A DNA stretch of 63,950 bases, the filler included, from an uncultured bacterium (GTDB lineage Bacteria; CAZSTA01), in the NCBI GenBank assembly GCA_964609495.1. It is 10 parts of 10 records of this genome, joined end to end, with 100 filler letters (N's around TTAATTAATTAA, not from the genome) between each part and the next. Parts side by side here need not be neighbours in the genome. Positions count along the whole stretch, not along the records: positions 41,269 to 47,907 come from CAZSTA010000197.1; positions 48,008 to 54,553 come from CAZSTA010000198.1; 8 more parts are not named here. One strand, written 5' to 3'. The notes under the pieces are model-generated. The model ran no database searches. It saw only the letters and a list, made by a program, of their open reading frames with translations, and was not told where the DNA came from. Made by a program: the position numbers and the translations under genes. This document shows positions 41,269 to 52,516 of this stretch, piece after piece; within the stretch, counting starts at the first letter, position 1; each line of letters opens with the position of its first letter.

Positions 41269-41690
41269 TAGCGAAGATGGATAGGATAAGGGAGGTGACG
41301 GATAGGTCTTCATCTGTAGTGGGGAGGTTAGGGGAGAGATCACAACAGATTGGAAAAATCGTCTCTATCATCACTGAACTAGCCGAACAAATCAGTATGC
41401 TGGCACTTAGCGCCTCTATAGAGGCAGCTAAGGCCCAGGAATATGGAGAGGGCTTCGTAGTGGTTGCTAGAGAGATGAGAGAATTAGCGGACAGTTCAGG
41501 GAGTAGTGCCCTTCAGATCAGGAAGATAGTGAGCCACATNNNNNNNNNNNNNNNNNNNNNNNNNNNNNNNNNNNNNNNNNNNNNNNNNNNNNNNNNNNNN
41601 NNNNNNNNNNNNNNNNNNNNNNNNNNNNNNNNNNNNNNNTATCAAGGTTGGGATGCCGAGATGCCTCTTAGAATAGAAAAACCATGGTAG
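41269..41690 (+). CDS. Methyl-accepting chemotaxis protein paralogue, partial, with collapsed-repeat gap
   Basis: Near-identical to parts of 41697-44822 and the same C-terminus [16 protein letters not shown]; gap 41540-41639. Confidence 0.75.
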
Positions 41691-41696
41691 TTAATT

Positions 41697-44600
41697 ATGG
41701 TTGAAAGATCAAAAACTTCTAAAAATCGAAATAGAGTATTTATCAGTGAGATCGCTATAATACTTGCTGGGGGAGCGATAGCTCTTCCTTTCGTGATATA
41801 TTATATATTAATTAATACCCGCCTTACCCCTGGAGAATCTCACCATCTCACATTAATCCCTTTTTTAATTGTGCCAGCTATTATCCTGATTGGTCTATTC
41901 CTCCTCAGAAAACTTACCGAACCAATAGACAAATTCCTCCTATTAGATGAGACGAAGAGGGAGATAGAAGAAGATATTCTCATCAGAGCTCACATAAGAG
42001 CTTTAAATATGCCTCTACTAGTGACCATAACGCTATTAACGGTCGTCATAGTCGGTATTCTTCTAGGAACTATTTATATGATTCTAGCGGCAGGAAGCGA
42101 TGTTTCTACTGCTTTCAATATGTTCTTTAGCGCCCTTTTAGGCTTAATCCCTTTAAGTTTTTATGTCCTCTTTATTAGCGAGTCCAAATCGAGACAGATA
42201 TTGAGAAGGATCGTCTTAAAAAGGAAAGGGGATACCTCTCTTCCGCCCCATAAGGTGATGAAATTTAATCTCCAGATCAGACTCCTCTCCATATTCCTAG
42301 TGATAGTCCTATTTCCTATGGTAAATCTGGGTATCTTGTCTCGCTATCGAGCCGAGGAAGTTCTATTACGCACTACTGAAGACCTGCTGAGTTCAGCCAC
42401 CTTCCAATTAGGACAAGGGATCAATCTATTGGGAAGATATATAAATAACGAAGAGGAACTGTTGAAGATAGTTCAATCTCAGTGGGAGGATATGTATAGA
42501 GTTGAAAAGAAGATCCCCTTTCTTATAAATGAGAGGGGAGATATGATATTAAGTTCTGAGCCAACTATTGCCGAACAATTATGGAAAGCGCTTCAAAATG
42601 AATGGGAATCTGCAATAAAACGTTCCCCAGATAAATCTCTTAACTTGAAGGTAGCTTCAGAGGGATCAAGGCTCTTGGAAATCCGAAACTTAAACTACAT
42701 AGTAGGGTGGACTAAGCTCCCGAATAAAGGGTGGATCGTATTACAGGCTCAACCCTTATTTTATCTTCATAAACAGCTAAAGCTTTTAGTTAGACGGATC
42801 ACGATGATAGTAGTGATAAGCCTGGTAGCAATCTTCTTCATAGCGATCTTCTTTGCCAGGAGCGTAACCCTCCCCATCTCTCAGGTAGTCTCCATCCTCA
42901 AGGATATCGCTCAAGGAGAAGGAGATCTCACCAGACACCTGAATATCCAGACCAATAACGAGATCAGCCTTCTATCCACTTGGTTCAACAAGTTCGTTGA
43001 TAGCATCTTGAGGATAGTATCTCAGGTGAGGGATGCCTCCTTGAACGTTACTTCCTCAGCCCAGGAGTTATCATTAGTAGCTGAGGACATCAATGCAGGG
43101 ACGGAGGAAATATCGGCAGCGACGGAGGAGGTGACCTCGGGAGCGGAGGTGCAGAACAAGAGGGTGATGGAGACTTCGAGGACGCTGGAGGAGATGGGGG
43201 AGTTGATGGCGGAGGTGAGGAGGCAAGCGGAGAGGTTAGGGGAGGCGAGCAGGAGAGCGGATGAGGTAGCGAAGGCAGGGGGAGAGGCTGTGGGGGAGAT
43301 GGTAGCGAAGATGGATAGGATAAGGGAGGTGACGGATAGGTCTTCCTATATAGTGGAGAGGTTAGGGGAGAGATCACAACAGATTGGGAAAATCGTCTCT
43401 ATCATCACCGAACTAGCAAGACGAACTGATATGCTGGCTTTGAACGCGGCGATAGAAGCTTCTAAAGCTGGTGATTATGGTAGAGGCTTCGCAGTAGTGG
43501 CAGAGGAGGTTCGAAGCCTAGCGGACAGTTCAGGGAGTAGTGCCCTTCAGATCAGGAAGATAGTGAGCCACATCCAAGAGGAGACCGAGGAAGTCATCTC
43601 CTCAATGAAGAGGGGAGTGGTAGAGGTAGAGGAGGGAAGAGAAGTAGTAGCTAAGACTGGAGAAGCTCTCCAACAGATAGTTGATATGGTTCGAGAGATG
43701 GCTACTATGATCGAGCAGATAAGGGCCTCAGTTCAAGGGCAAGTCCAATCTGCCCAGAGGGTAGTAAAAGCGATAGATGAAGTGAGTGTGATAGCGGAGG
43801 AGAATGCCTCCAGTGCTTCTCAGGTGTCTGCCACGATAGAGGAGCAGGTGAGGTTGACGGAGAGGATGGTCGCTTTCTCTGAAGGTATGGAGCAGATGTC
43901 CGATAACCTCCGCAAACTAGTCTCCACCTTTAAACTCAACAGGCTTGGAGTGGCATTTCAGAGCTTCTCAAATCCCTTTTTCCTGAGCATGAAGGATAGT
44001 ATTGAGGATACTGCTCCGAAGCTAGGAGTGAAAGTGACCATCTCTAATGCCGAATATGATCTATCCCAGCAACTCAGAGCAATAGAAAGATTCATCCTTG
44101 AGAGAGTCGACGCGATCCTCTTGAATCCAGTTGACAGTTGGCGAATAGCTCCCGCAATCAGAGCAGCAAATAAGATCGGGATCCCGGTGATCACTATGGA
44201 TGTCAATGCTTTAGGAGAGGAGATCGAGATCGCTTCTTTCATAGCCTCCGATAACTTCCAAGCTGGGCAGTTATGTGCTGATTATATAGTTTCTAAATTA
44301 ACGGGCAGAGGCAAGATAGCTATTCTCGGTTGGGCGGAGATGGAGAGCTGTATTAAGCGACAGGATGGATTCAAGGCTTATCTAGGTAGATATCCTCAAA
44401 TAGAGGTAGTAGCGGAGATCGACACCCAAGGAGATATGAATTTAATAGAGAAAGCGATGACTGAGATATTGAGAAAGACCCCAGATCTTGAGGCTGTCTT
44501 TGGAGTTAACGATCCGATAGCCCTAAGAGCTTGGAAGGTAGTAAAGGAAGCTGAGAGAGAGCGCGAGGTATTTACAGTGGGAGTAGATGCTAATCCAGAG

Positions 44601-44822
44601 TCGATAGAGGCGATCAGATCTCAGCAGGGATATGATCTTACTATTGCTCAATTCCCTCGAGCGATAGGGAGGAGAGCTATAGAGACAGTATTCGATATTG
44701 TGGCGGGAAGAGAGGTAGAGAAAGAGCAACTTCTCAAAGTTATGCCGATCACTATAAATAACCTCGATAGTTATCAAGGTTGGGATGCCGAGATGCCTCT
44801 TAGAATAGAAAAACCATGGTAG
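41697..44822 (+). CDS. Methyl-accepting chemotaxis protein with C-terminal RbsB-like sugar-binding domain
   Basis: Multiple TMs, HAMP (GEGDLT), [21 protein letters not shown] tip, then [26 protein letters not shown] periplasmic-binding-protein fold. Confidence 0.9.
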   Translation: MVERSKTSKNRNRVFISEIAIILAGGAIALPFVIYYILINTRLTPGESHHLTLIPFLIVPAIILIGLFLLRKLTEPIDKFLLLDETKREIEEDILIRAHIRALNMPLLVTITLLTVVIVGILLGTIYMILAAGSDVSTAFNMFFSALLGLIPLSFYVLFISESKSRQILRRIVLKRKGDTSLPPHKVMKFNLQIRLLSIFLVIVLFPMVNLGILSRYRAEEVLLRTTEDLLSSATFQLGQGINLLGRYINNEEELLKIVQSQWEDMYRVEKKIPFLINERGDMILSSEPTIAEQLWKALQNEWESAIKRSPDKSLNLKVASEGSRLLEIRNLNYIVGWTKLPNKGWIVLQAQPLFYLHKQLKLLVRRITMIVVISLVAIFFIAIFFARSVTLPISQVVSILKDIAQGEGDLTRHLNIQTNNEISLLSTWFNKFVDSILRIVSQVRDASLNVTSSAQELSLVAEDINAGTEEISAATEEVTSGAEVQNKRVMETSRTLEEMGELMAEVRRQAERLGEASRRADEVAKAGGEAVGEMVAKMDRIREVTDRSSYIVERLGERSQQIGKIVSIITELARRTDMLALNAAIEASKAGDYGRGFAVVAEEVRSLADSSGSSALQIRKIVSHIQEETEEVISSMKRGVVEVEEGREVVAKTGEALQQIVDMVREMATMIEQIRASVQGQVQSAQRVVKAIDEVSVIAEENASSASQVSATIEEQVRLTERMVAFSEGMEQMSDNLRKLVSTFKLNRLGVAFQSFSNPFFLSMKDSIEDTAPKLGVKVTISNAEYDLSQQLRAIERFILERVDAILLNPVDSWRIAPAIRAANKIGIPVITMDVNALGEEIEIASFIASDNFQAGQLCADYIVSKLTGRGKIAILGWAEMESCIKRQDGFKAYLGRYPQIEVVAEIDTQGDMNLIEKAMTEILRKTPDLEAVFGVNDPIALRAWKVVKEAEREREVFTVGVDANPESIEAIRSQQGYDLTIAQFPRAIGRRAIETVFDIVAGREVEKEQLLKVMPITINNLDSYQGWDAEMPLRIEKPW

Positions 44823-44825
44823 TTA

Positions 44826-44876
44826 AAAAGGGAACTTTTTTACCTTGAGTCCTATTGATTGCAAAAGTTCCCTTTT
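44826..44876 (+). mobile_element. 51-bp palindromic micro-element
   Basis: AAAAGGGAACTTTT..ACCTTGAGTCCTATT..AAAAGTTCCCTTTT, 3 nt after the MCP stop. Confidence 0.8.
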
Positions 44877-44968
44877 AGCAGTCTCGATAGATAAAGCTCA
44901 CGTTTAGACGTGAGCCACTAATTTTTAGACGGCGGAAGAATCTGCAAGCTAGAAAGGAGAACAAACCT

Positions 44969-45400
44969 ATGGAGTGGTTTAAGGGTGGTAAAATAGATAA
45001 TATATACTTTTTAAGATTAGATCGGGGAGATGATATCCAACATTGTGTTGAGGAGTTAGCCAAGAAGGAAGACATTCAATCGGGAGCAGTGATATCTGGA
45101 ATTGCAACGCTATATGAGACTCATTTGCATATGGTTACCACCACCGACTACAACCCAGTAGAGGAATTTGTAAAGATGAAGGGTGCTTTAGAAGTAACCT
45201 CCATTAATGGAATCATCGCTGATTATCAGCCTCATCTCCACATCACCGTTTCGGATACCAAACAAGCTTACGCGGGTCACCTGGAGCCAGGATGCTTAGT
45301 TCTCTATCTAGCGGAGCTAGTCATAGTGAAATTCGCCGGGATTGAACTGACAAGAGTGCCAGATGAATACGGAATCAAACAATTAAAAGCCAAGGAGTGA
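44969..45400 (+). CDS. PPC domain/DUF296 protein
   Basis: LRLDRGDD, EVTSINGII, PHLHITVSD..AGHL. Confidence 0.88.
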   Translation: MEWFKGGKIDNIYFLRLDRGDDIQHCVEELAKKEDIQSGAVISGIATLYETHLHMVTTTDYNPVEEFVKMKGALEVTSINGIIADYQPHLHITVSDTKQAYAGHLEPGCLVLYLAELVIVKFAGIELTRVPDEYGIKQLKAKE

Positions 45401-45426
45401 TATGTCCAAGCGCTAAATTTTAAATA

Positions 45427-45882
45427 TTAAAGAGAGCTTGTCCTCTTACTATCCACAATGAGTGTTACCGGCCCATCATTATATATCTCGACTAACATCA
45501 TCGCTTGGAACTTACCAGTTTGGGTAGGGATTCCCTCACTCCTCAGATAATCCGTAAAACGCTCATACAATTCCTCAGCTAACTCAGGGGGAGCCGCCTC
45601 GGTATAGCTTGGTCTCTTCCCCTTACGGCAATCTCCATAGAGCGTGAACTGAGATATAACTAAAGCCTCATCCCCCATATCCAAAAGGGATAGGTTCATC
45701 TTGCCATCTCTATCAGGGAAGATCCTCAAGCCAGCGATCTTCCTCGCTAGGTATTGGGCATCCTTCTCAGTATCATCCCTCTTAACTCCTAACAAGACCA
45801 CAACTCCTGGGCCTATCTTACCTAAGACCTCTTCCCCCACTGAAACCTGTCCCTTAGTTACCTTCTGCACTACAGCTCGCAA
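45427..45882 (-). CDS. dtd: D-aminoacyl-tRNA deacylase
   Basis: MRAVVQKV, SQFTL, NDGPVT. Confidence 0.96.
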   Translation of the reverse strand: MRAVVQKVTKGQVSVGEEVLGKIGPGVVVLLGVKRDDTEKDAQYLARKIAGLRIFPDRDGKMNLSLLDMGDEALVISQFTLYGDCRKGKRPSYTEAAPPELAEELYERFTDYLRSEGIPTQTGKFQAMMLVEIYNDGPVTLIVDSKRTSSL

Positions 45883-45901
45883 ATGACCTCTCCTTTCCTG
45901 A

Positions 45902-47596
45902 CTACTCCCTCCTCACTAGAGGTATTCTAACGATAAAGGTTGCTCCTCCCTTCTCATTGTTCATCACCTTTATATTTCCTTGATGATCCTCCTCTATTAT
46001 TCGTCGAGTGATCGCTAATCCTAAACCAGTTCCCGAGGTTTTAGTGGTAAAAAAGGGCTTAAATATGTTATTCATATCCTCCTCTGGAATCCCACTTCCC
46101 TCGTCAGATACCACTATTGTCACATAATCTCCATCTTTTTGTATTTTAACTAGGACGTCCTTGCCATCAATCGTAGCTTCGATGGCGTTCTGAATAATAT
46201 TCATAAAAGCTTGCTCCAGACGTCTTTGATCAATAACGATTGGAGGTATAGAGGGGTCCAGCTCCTTGATCAGATTTACCTCGGTATCTCCCACTAAATC
46301 CATAGCCAGAGCTATAGAATTTTTTAGAGCTTCATTTATATCTCCTTCTGCCAATTCCGGGGGAGTTTGATGAGCACAATCCGACATCTCCACCATTATC
46401 TTCTCTAACCTGGCTACCTCTCTGATCATAATATCAGCATATTTCTTATTCGGATCATCATCAGCCAACTTATTCTGAATCCTTCTAGCAAAACCACCTA
46501 TTGACACTAAAGGATTCCTGATATCATGGGCGACTCCAGCCGCTATCTCCCCCAAAGCAGCCATTCTCTCGGCTTTCAGCAATCTGTCTTGAGTTTGATG
46601 CAAGGTGAGAAGAGCGGACTCTAATCTATAGTATAACTGGGCATTTTCTATAGCTAAGGCAGCCTGATTAGCAAAAGTTGACAAAGAGAGGGCTTCTCTC
46701 TCCCCTATGCTCTGCCCACTTGGTCCATTATCGACCGCGATCGCTCCTAAAATCTTACCCTTAGCTTCCAAGGGTATCGTAGCGAAAGGACCTATTTCCT
46801 CAACCGAGACATTCGTCAGAAAGAAGTTTGTTCTATATCCAGAAGTAATATCTCTTAAGGTGAAAGGTTTTCTCTCCAATACTGTATCCGCAAGGATTCC
46901 CGCCCCTTTAATCAGGGGTATCCTTATCTTCTTGACATATCTATCATCAGCATAACCTATCGCCACTTTACCTTCTAACATATCTCCATCTTCACTTATC
47001 AAGCACAACATAGCTCGATCGAAGCCCAAGCCCTCATTGATACCCTTCACTATTATATTTAGTATCTCCCTTAAATTAAGAGTGCTAGTCATAGCTCTAC
47101 TGATATCCTGGATTATAGTTAACTCCCTTAGTTTATTGTCTAAAAGATTATTAATGCTATGAAATACATCCATATGTGATAGGATCTTAGAAGGAGGAAG
47201 TAGAGCAGGATCAGGACGAGGAGGGGTATCCTTTACCAATCTTGCCACTTCATCTAAAAGGGTGTATGGATTAAAAGGTTTAGTAATATAGGAATCGGCT
47301 CCAGTAGCGAATCCATATAACTTATTCCTTTCCTGGACTTGAGCGGTAAGTAAGATAATGGGGATCGTCTCCGTTCTAGGATTATTCTTGAGCAGACGAC
47401 AAGCTTGATATCCGTTCATCTGAGGCATCAGAATATCTAAAATTATCAAATCTGGCAACTCCTGATCTGCTATCTGAACTGCCTCTAAACCATCACGAGC
47501 GGAGATAACCTCATAACCTTTTAATTCCAAAGTCGCAGTTACCAATCTAACTATATTAGGTTCATCATCTGCTATTAAGACTTTTCTCTTACCCAT
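45902..47596 (-). CDS. Cytoplasmic hybrid sensor kinase (REC-GAF-HisKA-HATPase)
   Basis: N-terminal REC (LDILMP), GAF (FANQAALAIENA), AHDIRNPL, GTGLGL. Confidence 0.9.
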   Translation of the reverse strand: MGKRKVLIADDEPNIVRLVTATLELKGYEVISARDGLEAVQIADQELPDLIILDILMPQMNGYQACRLLKNNPRTETIPIILLTAQVQERNKLYGFATGADSYITKPFNPYTLLDEVARLVKDTPPRPDPALLPPSKILSHMDVFHSINNLLDNKLRELTIIQDISRAMTSTLNLREILNIIVKGINEGLGFDRAMLCLISEDGDMLEGKVAIGYADDRYVKKIRIPLIKGAGILADTVLERKPFTLRDITSGYRTNFFLTNVSVEEIGPFATIPLEAKGKILGAIAVDNGPSGQSIGEREALSLSTFANQAALAIENAQLYYRLESALLTLHQTQDRLLKAERMAALGEIAAGVAHDIRNPLVSIGGFARRIQNKLADDDPNKKYADIMIREVARLEKIMVEMSDCAHQTPPELAEGDINEALKNSIALAMDLVGDTEVNLIKELDPSIPPIVIDQRRLEQAFMNIIQNAIEATIDGKDVLVKIQKDGDYVTIVVSDEGSGIPEEDMNNIFKPFFTTKTSGTGLGLAITRRIIEEDHQGNIKVMNNEKGGATFIVRIPLVRRE

Positions 47597-47655
47597 TATA
47601 TGAATAACCCCCTACTCGATATCCGTTTAAGGCCTCTTAGATTATGTGTATCTTC

Positions 47656-47684
47656 ATTTTAATACATTTTTTTCTCTTTGTCAA
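47656..47684 (-). promoter_or_regulatory. Sigma70 promoter for the hybrid kinase-dtd operon
   Basis: Minus strand TTGACA-N17-TAAAAT. Confidence 0.6.
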
Positions 47685-47809
47685 CCTGGAAAACGACCAT
47701 TCCACAAAAATTGGGGATCCAAAATATTTATATGTTAAACCGATCTTCTTAAGAAGGAGTTGTGTAAAACCTAGAGCTTTATCGATAATAATGCTCGCTT
47801 AAACTATTT

Positions 47810-47907
47810 GGAAGCATATAGAATCGGGGATCAAAAAGTCTTTACTTCGTGATGATTTCAGATCGAGTTATAACTCCCCCTCACCCTGGCCCTCTCCCAC
47901 GAGGGGA
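47810..47907. mobile_element. Second, partial copy of the 176-bp MITE
   Basis: Reverse-complement match to about 40350-40431 with a ~16-bp insertion; contig ends inside the hairpin. Confidence 0.8.
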
Positions 47908-48007
47908 NNNNNNNNNNNNNNNNNNNNNNNNNNNNNNNNNNNNNNNNNNNNTTAATTAATTAANNNNNNNNNNNNNNNNNNNNNNNNNNNNNNNNNNNNN
48001 NNNNNNN

Positions 48008-48061
48008 TTTAACCTTGAGTCCTATTTGAAGCAAAAGTTACCTTTTAAGGGTGAGGGGGGA
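48008..48061 (+). repeat. Partial 51-bp micro-element nested in a REP-like hairpin
   Basis: Nearly identical to 61314-61366. Confidence 0.75.
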
Positions 48062-48173
48062 TCATATCTTGAACCCACTAGCGAAAAACCGAGAATATAA
48101 TACTCCGATTATCTGCTCAAAGATCAAAAGGGGGAACTGAAGAAGTAACCCCTCTCCTTTGAGAGATGAGATA

Positions 48174-49283
48174 TTAATCAAACATAGTATCTTGCTTTCT
48201 TAAATAAACATTCTCCAATAATCCTATCGCCATGCTAAAGACTAGGAAGGAATTCCCCCCGTAGGTTATAAAGGGTAAAGGCATCCCCGTGATCGGCATA
48301 ATCCCCATTGTCATACCCACGTTTACAAATATCTGGAAGAAGAGCATCGAGACTACGCCGATTGCCAAAATACCACCTAACCCATCCTTAGCTTGCTCCG
48401 CGATTATCAAACCTCGCCAAAGAATAACTACATAGAGGAATAGCAAGGCAACTCCTCCCATAAATCCTAGCTCCTCCCCTACTACCGCGAAGATGAAGTC
48501 AGTATGTTGGTCGGGCAAGAAGGAGAGCTGACTCTGAGTTCCAGCGAATAATCCTTTCCCCCATAGACCACCAGAACCGATTGCTATCTTCGATTGAATG
48601 AGTTGATAGCTAGCTCCCAAAGGATCTAAATCTGGATAGAGAAAAACCAACATCCTTCGTTGTTGATAGGCTTCCAGACGAGGCCAAAGTAGTAGAACTA
48701 TGATCGCCCCTAACCCAACCAAACAGATGAGATGGAAAATGGGAATTCCGCTCATGTATAACATCCCTATCAAGATCGCGACTAGGACCAATGCGGTCCC
48801 CAAATCGGGTTGTTTGAGAATTAGGAGTAGAGGGATCATAACTATAAAGCAGGATATAGCTGTATCGAATACCCCATCGAGTTTGCTGAGCCGCTTCCCA
48901 AGGAATTTGGCTAAAGCGATGATAATCGCTATCTTTGCTACCTCAGCGGGCTGAAGGCGAAAGACTTTTAAGTTTATCCACCTTTGAGCACCACGCGTGA
49001 TATTTCCTATAATAAAGACGAAAATTAGGAGTAGAATTACTCCTACATAGATCAAGTTCGCGTAATTCCCAAGGAATCTATAATCGATCAGGATCATTAT
49101 CATCAAGGCCACTAGCCCCACCAATATCCACATCATCTGCTCCTTGACGAAATAGAAAGGATCGCCGTAAACTCTGGTCGCCATGATCTTGGAAGCGGAA
49201 TATATGATTATCAATCCATAACAGGATAATAGTATATATGATAAAAGTAGGGTATAATCTAATCTTCTCAATACTTTGGACAT
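48174..49283 (-). CDS. rodA: Rod shape-determining protein RodA
   Basis: GAQRWI, QPAEVAK, QPDLGT, QSKIAIGSGG, HTDFIF. Confidence 0.95.
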   Translation of the reverse strand: MSKVLRRLDYTLLLSYILLSCYGLIIIYSASKIMATRVYGDPFYFVKEQMMWILVGLVALMIMILIDYRFLGNYANLIYVGVILLLIFVFIIGNITRGAQRWINLKVFRLQPAEVAKIAIIIALAKFLGKRLSKLDGVFDTAISCFIVMIPLLLILKQPDLGTALVLVAILIGMLYMSGIPIFHLICLVGLGAIIVLLLWPRLEAYQQRRMLVFLYPDLDPLGASYQLIQSKIAIGSGGLWGKGLFAGTQSQLSFLPDQHTDFIFAVVGEELGFMGGVALLFLYVVILWRGLIIAEQAKDGLGGILAIGVVSMLFFQIFVNVGMTMGIMPITGMPLPFITYGGNSFLVFSMAIGLLENVYLRKQDTMFD

Positions 49284-49332
49284 AATAATCTCTCCATCAT
49301 TAAGGGGGAGGGATCCTCCCCTTCTATATCAA

Positions 49333-51138
49333 TTATTTAGAGGCTAATCTATCTCCTTCCGAGGGGAGATCGAATATCCTCCTTAAGATCTCTTTAGCGA
49401 TAGGAACTGCGGTATAACTTCCTTCCCCGCCATGTTCCACAAGCACTGAGATGACTACCTGAGGGTTGTCATAAGGAGCATAAGCTATGAACCAGGCATG
49501 ATTATCACCATGGGGATTTTGGGCAGTTCCGGTCTTTCCCGCAATGGGTAGCTCCTCCATCCTTATTCGCCGGGCAGTTCCTCTAGTTCCAAAGACCGCT
49601 AGGTAAAGACCTAGACGAATAGCTCGAATGGTATCGGGAGAGAAGGATAATTTTCTTATTATCTGAGGTTTGAAATCACGTAGGACTTCGCCAGTGGGAG
49701 AGGTGATCTTCTTCACTATTTGAGGCTTATATAAAGTCCCCCCATTAGCGATAGCACTCATCACGTTCGCCATTTGAAGGGGGGTCGCCATAACGAACCC
49801 TTGCCCAATGGACATATTCACGGTATCACCAGGGAACCATGCCGTATCCCAAGTTTTCTTCTTCCACTCTGGAGTGGGGATTATCCCACTCATCTCATTA
49901 GGAAGATCTATACCTGTTTCCTTACCCAATCCCAATTGCTTAGCATAATGAGCGAGTTTCTTTACTCCCACCTCATATCCCAGAGTGTAGAAATGGACGT
50001 TACAGGATTGTTCTATCGCTTGAACGATGTTGAGGCTTCCATGACCACCCGGTTTCCAGCAATCATATTTCCATTTCCCCAAGTAGAAGCTACCTGGACA
50101 GTTTATGACTCTCCCCCTCCTGATTTCCCCCTCCGGAGATATGTCGATGTAAGTTTTGCCCTCCTCTAAAGCCGCGTAAGCAGTTACGATCTTGAATAGA
50201 GAACCAGCGGGGTAGCCAGATAAAGCTCGATTCACCATAGGGAAGTTGGGATCATTATGGAGAGCCTCCCAATCCTCAGCGGATATGCGATCATTGAAGA
50301 TATTAGGGTCAAAGCTAGGCTCACTCGCTAAGGCTAAGATCTCCCCGGTGCGCGGATCCTCTACCACTACAGTGGCTATCTTGTCACCTAGAGCCTCTTC
50401 AACTATGGTCTGAATCTCCGCATCTATAGTCAAAATGATATTATTACCGGGGGTGGGATCTTTGGTACTCAAAACCCTCAAAATTCGATTATGGGTATTG
50501 ACCTCTAGAACTTGACCTCCAGGCTCTCCTCTTAGGAAACCTTCATATTCCTTCTCTACTCCCATCTTGCCGATCTCCTCGCCCAAGCGATAATCACTGT
50601 ATTGGGGATTCTCCAGCTCCTCCTTAGTGATGCCGCGTATATATCCTAGGATGTGAGTAGCGGTCTTCCCTTGGAGATAAGAGCGTCGAGCTTCTACCTC
50701 TACTGTTATCCCCGGTAATTCCAAATTGTGTTCCTCTAGAATCACAACCGTCTTAAGGTCCACGTTCTCCTTCAGTTTGATTGGGAGATAAGAAGGAGTG
50801 TTAGAGTTCAAAACAGCATCTTCTAGCAGTTTGATATCCCAGTTGAGAAGTTCGTTAAGTTTGAGGAAGACCTCCCTTTGCTTATCCTGGCTCATCCTTT
50901 CCATAGTAACCACATAGGAAGGACTATTGGCCACTAGAGGTCTCATATATCGGTCGAAGAGCAGACCTCGAGGGGCAGGTATCCAAACCTTGCGTATCCT
51001 ATTTTTCTCTGATAGTTGCCCGTACTTATCATGGCTTATTAATTGCATAGAGAATAATTTGCTTATCAAAACAAGGAAAGCGAAGATAATAATTAAGCCA
51101 AAGATGATAAGGCGACGGCGCAATATTTCGGAATTCAC
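49333..51138 (-). CDS. mrdA: Penicillin-binding protein 2
   Basis: GSLFK (SxxK), SCN, KTGTAQ; located in the mre operon. Confidence 0.95.
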   Translation of the reverse strand: MNSEILRRRLIIFGLIIIFAFLVLISKLFSMQLISHDKYGQLSEKNRIRKVWIPAPRGLLFDRYMRPLVANSPSYVVTMERMSQDKQREVFLKLNELLNWDIKLLEDAVLNSNTPSYLPIKLKENVDLKTVVILEEHNLELPGITVEVEARRSYLQGKTATHILGYIRGITKEELENPQYSDYRLGEEIGKMGVEKEYEGFLRGEPGGQVLEVNTHNRILRVLSTKDPTPGNNIILTIDAEIQTIVEEALGDKIATVVVEDPRTGEILALASEPSFDPNIFNDRISAEDWEALHNDPNFPMVNRALSGYPAGSLFKIVTAYAALEEGKTYIDISPEGEIRRGRVINCPGSFYLGKWKYDCWKPGGHGSLNIVQAIEQSCNVHFYTLGYEVGVKKLAHYAKQLGLGKETGIDLPNEMSGIIPTPEWKKKTWDTAWFPGDTVNMSIGQGFVMATPLQMANVMSAIANGGTLYKPQIVKKITSPTGEVLRDFKPQIIRKLSFSPDTIRAIRLGLYLAVFGTRGTARRIRMEELPIAGKTGTAQNPHGDNHAWFIAYAPYDNPQVVISVLVEHGGEGSYTAVPIAKEILRRIFDLPSEGDRLASK

Positions 51139-51172
51139 ATCAACTCTCCTTAAGGGGGAGGAATCCTCCCCT

Positions 51173-51673
51173 CTATTTTAAGGATCTGCTTACCCTCTGT
51201 AACCATATAAGGATAAAGGGAGTAAGTGCTATGTTATAAAGGGAGGTGAAGAGGAAAACATCTATTAACCGTCCCCAATCAGGATTACCTAATAATCCCC
51301 AGAGATTGGAGAGGATAAAGATCGCGAGATTATGAAATATACTTGCGATGAATACTATCACTACCGAGACTATCAAATTCTCCTTGAAGAAATTAGGGCT
51401 GTACCAACCTACGAAGAATGCGATGAGAGTCTTTGTTAAAGCATTCATTCCCATCATTGCGGCCGAGAATATATCTTCGAGTAGCCCCGCGATGAAGCCG
51501 AATATAGCCCCTTTCTGAGCTCCCTGATTGAGACTGAAACAGACTGAGAGAATTAAGAGTAAATCGGGTTTAATCCCCTTAATCACTAAAATATCACTTA
51601 CCTGAAGGATAAGACATATTAAAAGTATTCCCATCAGAGATAATATCTGCCTCGGCAATCTTCTATCCTTCAT
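51173..51673 (-). CDS. mreD: Rod shape-determining protein MreD
   Basis: IKPDLLLI, GFIAGLLEDI; synteny. Confidence 0.92.
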   Translation of the reverse strand: MKDRRLPRQILSLMGILLICLILQVSDILVIKGIKPDLLLILSVCFSLNQGAQKGAIFGFIAGLLEDIFSAAMMGMNALTKTLIAFFVGWYSPNFFKENLIVSVVIVFIASIFHNLAIFILSNLWGLLGNPDWGRLIDVFLFTSLYNIALTPFILIWLQRVSRSLK

Positions 51674-52514
51674 CGGGATGTTCCACCTCAGCGGTATGGT
51701 CGCTAGCTTTTATAATGAGAACCTCCTCCAATTTAGCGAAGTCAACGCGAGGTTTTACTTCGACCTTTTGCATCAATCCAATGTTGTCCTTAGTGACCTT
51801 CATGACATCTCCGATGATCAAGCCTTTCGGGAATATCCCACCTATCCCAGAAGATATTATAATGTCATCCTTCTTGACCTGAGCTCTGCTCGATAGGTAT
51901 TTCATCTCGCATAAAAATCCCCAGGATTTCCCTACTATTACTCCCTCATCCCTAGATCTCTGCACTATAGCTCCTACTGAGCTTGTATGATCGATTATAG
52001 ACATAATATGAGCGGTATGAGCGGATACCTTTACCACTCTTCCTACCAGGCCCTGATGGCTTACTACCGGCATATTCCCAGCTACCCCATCGGCAGACCC
52101 TTTATTAACAATTATGTTTCTGAACCAATTACTGGGATCTTTCCCGATAACCTCGGCGGTGATCCTCTCTCCTGGTATATCGGAGGAAAACTTCAACAGT
52201 TCACGTAATCTCTCGTTAATTATCTTCTGCTCTTGCAGTTCACTCAATCTTGTATTAAGTCTAGCAACCTCTTCTCTGAGCCTTCTGTTCTCCTTCTGTA
52301 GATATCCTACTCTAGTCAGGGAGAACCAAAAGCGACCGATGACTCTGGTAACTTTACCGAATAAATTTTGCGGAACGGAAATCACATCCATAATAACCGA
52401 TTCTAGCCCACTAGTTCTAGTAGGTCTTGCCGCCTGCACAAACATCAGACCCAGAGATAAAATCACTAGAATCACCAAGGTTATTATTCGTTTATCCAAC
52501 CAGAATTGTAACAA
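51663..52514 (-). CDS. mreC: Rod shape-determining protein MreC
   Basis: ENRRLR coiled coil, NKGSADGV, GLVGRV, SGIGGIFPKGLIIG. Confidence 0.94.
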   Translation of the reverse strand: MLQFWLDKRIITLVILVILSLGLMFVQAARPTRTSGLESVIMDVISVPQNLFGKVTRVIGRFWFSLTRVGYLQKENRRLREEVARLNTRLSELQEQKIINERLRELLKFSSDIPGERITAEVIGKDPSNWFRNIIVNKGSADGVAGNMPVVSHQGLVGRVVKVSAHTAHIMSIIDHTSSVGAIVQRSRDEGVIVGKSWGFLCEMKYLSSRAQVKKDDIIISSGIGGIFPKGLIIGDVMKVTKDNIGLMQKVEVKPRVDFAKLEEVLIIKASDHTAEVEHPDEG

Positions 52515-52516
52515 GG

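Noticed and set aside
43090-43377. Pro/Ser-rich minus-strand ORF
   Set aside because: Mirror of the very purine-rich coiled-coil codons of the MCP
44896-44915. Hairpin GCTCACGT-ttag-ACGTGAGC
   Set aside because: Single short copy; cannot distinguish terminator, IS scar or chance
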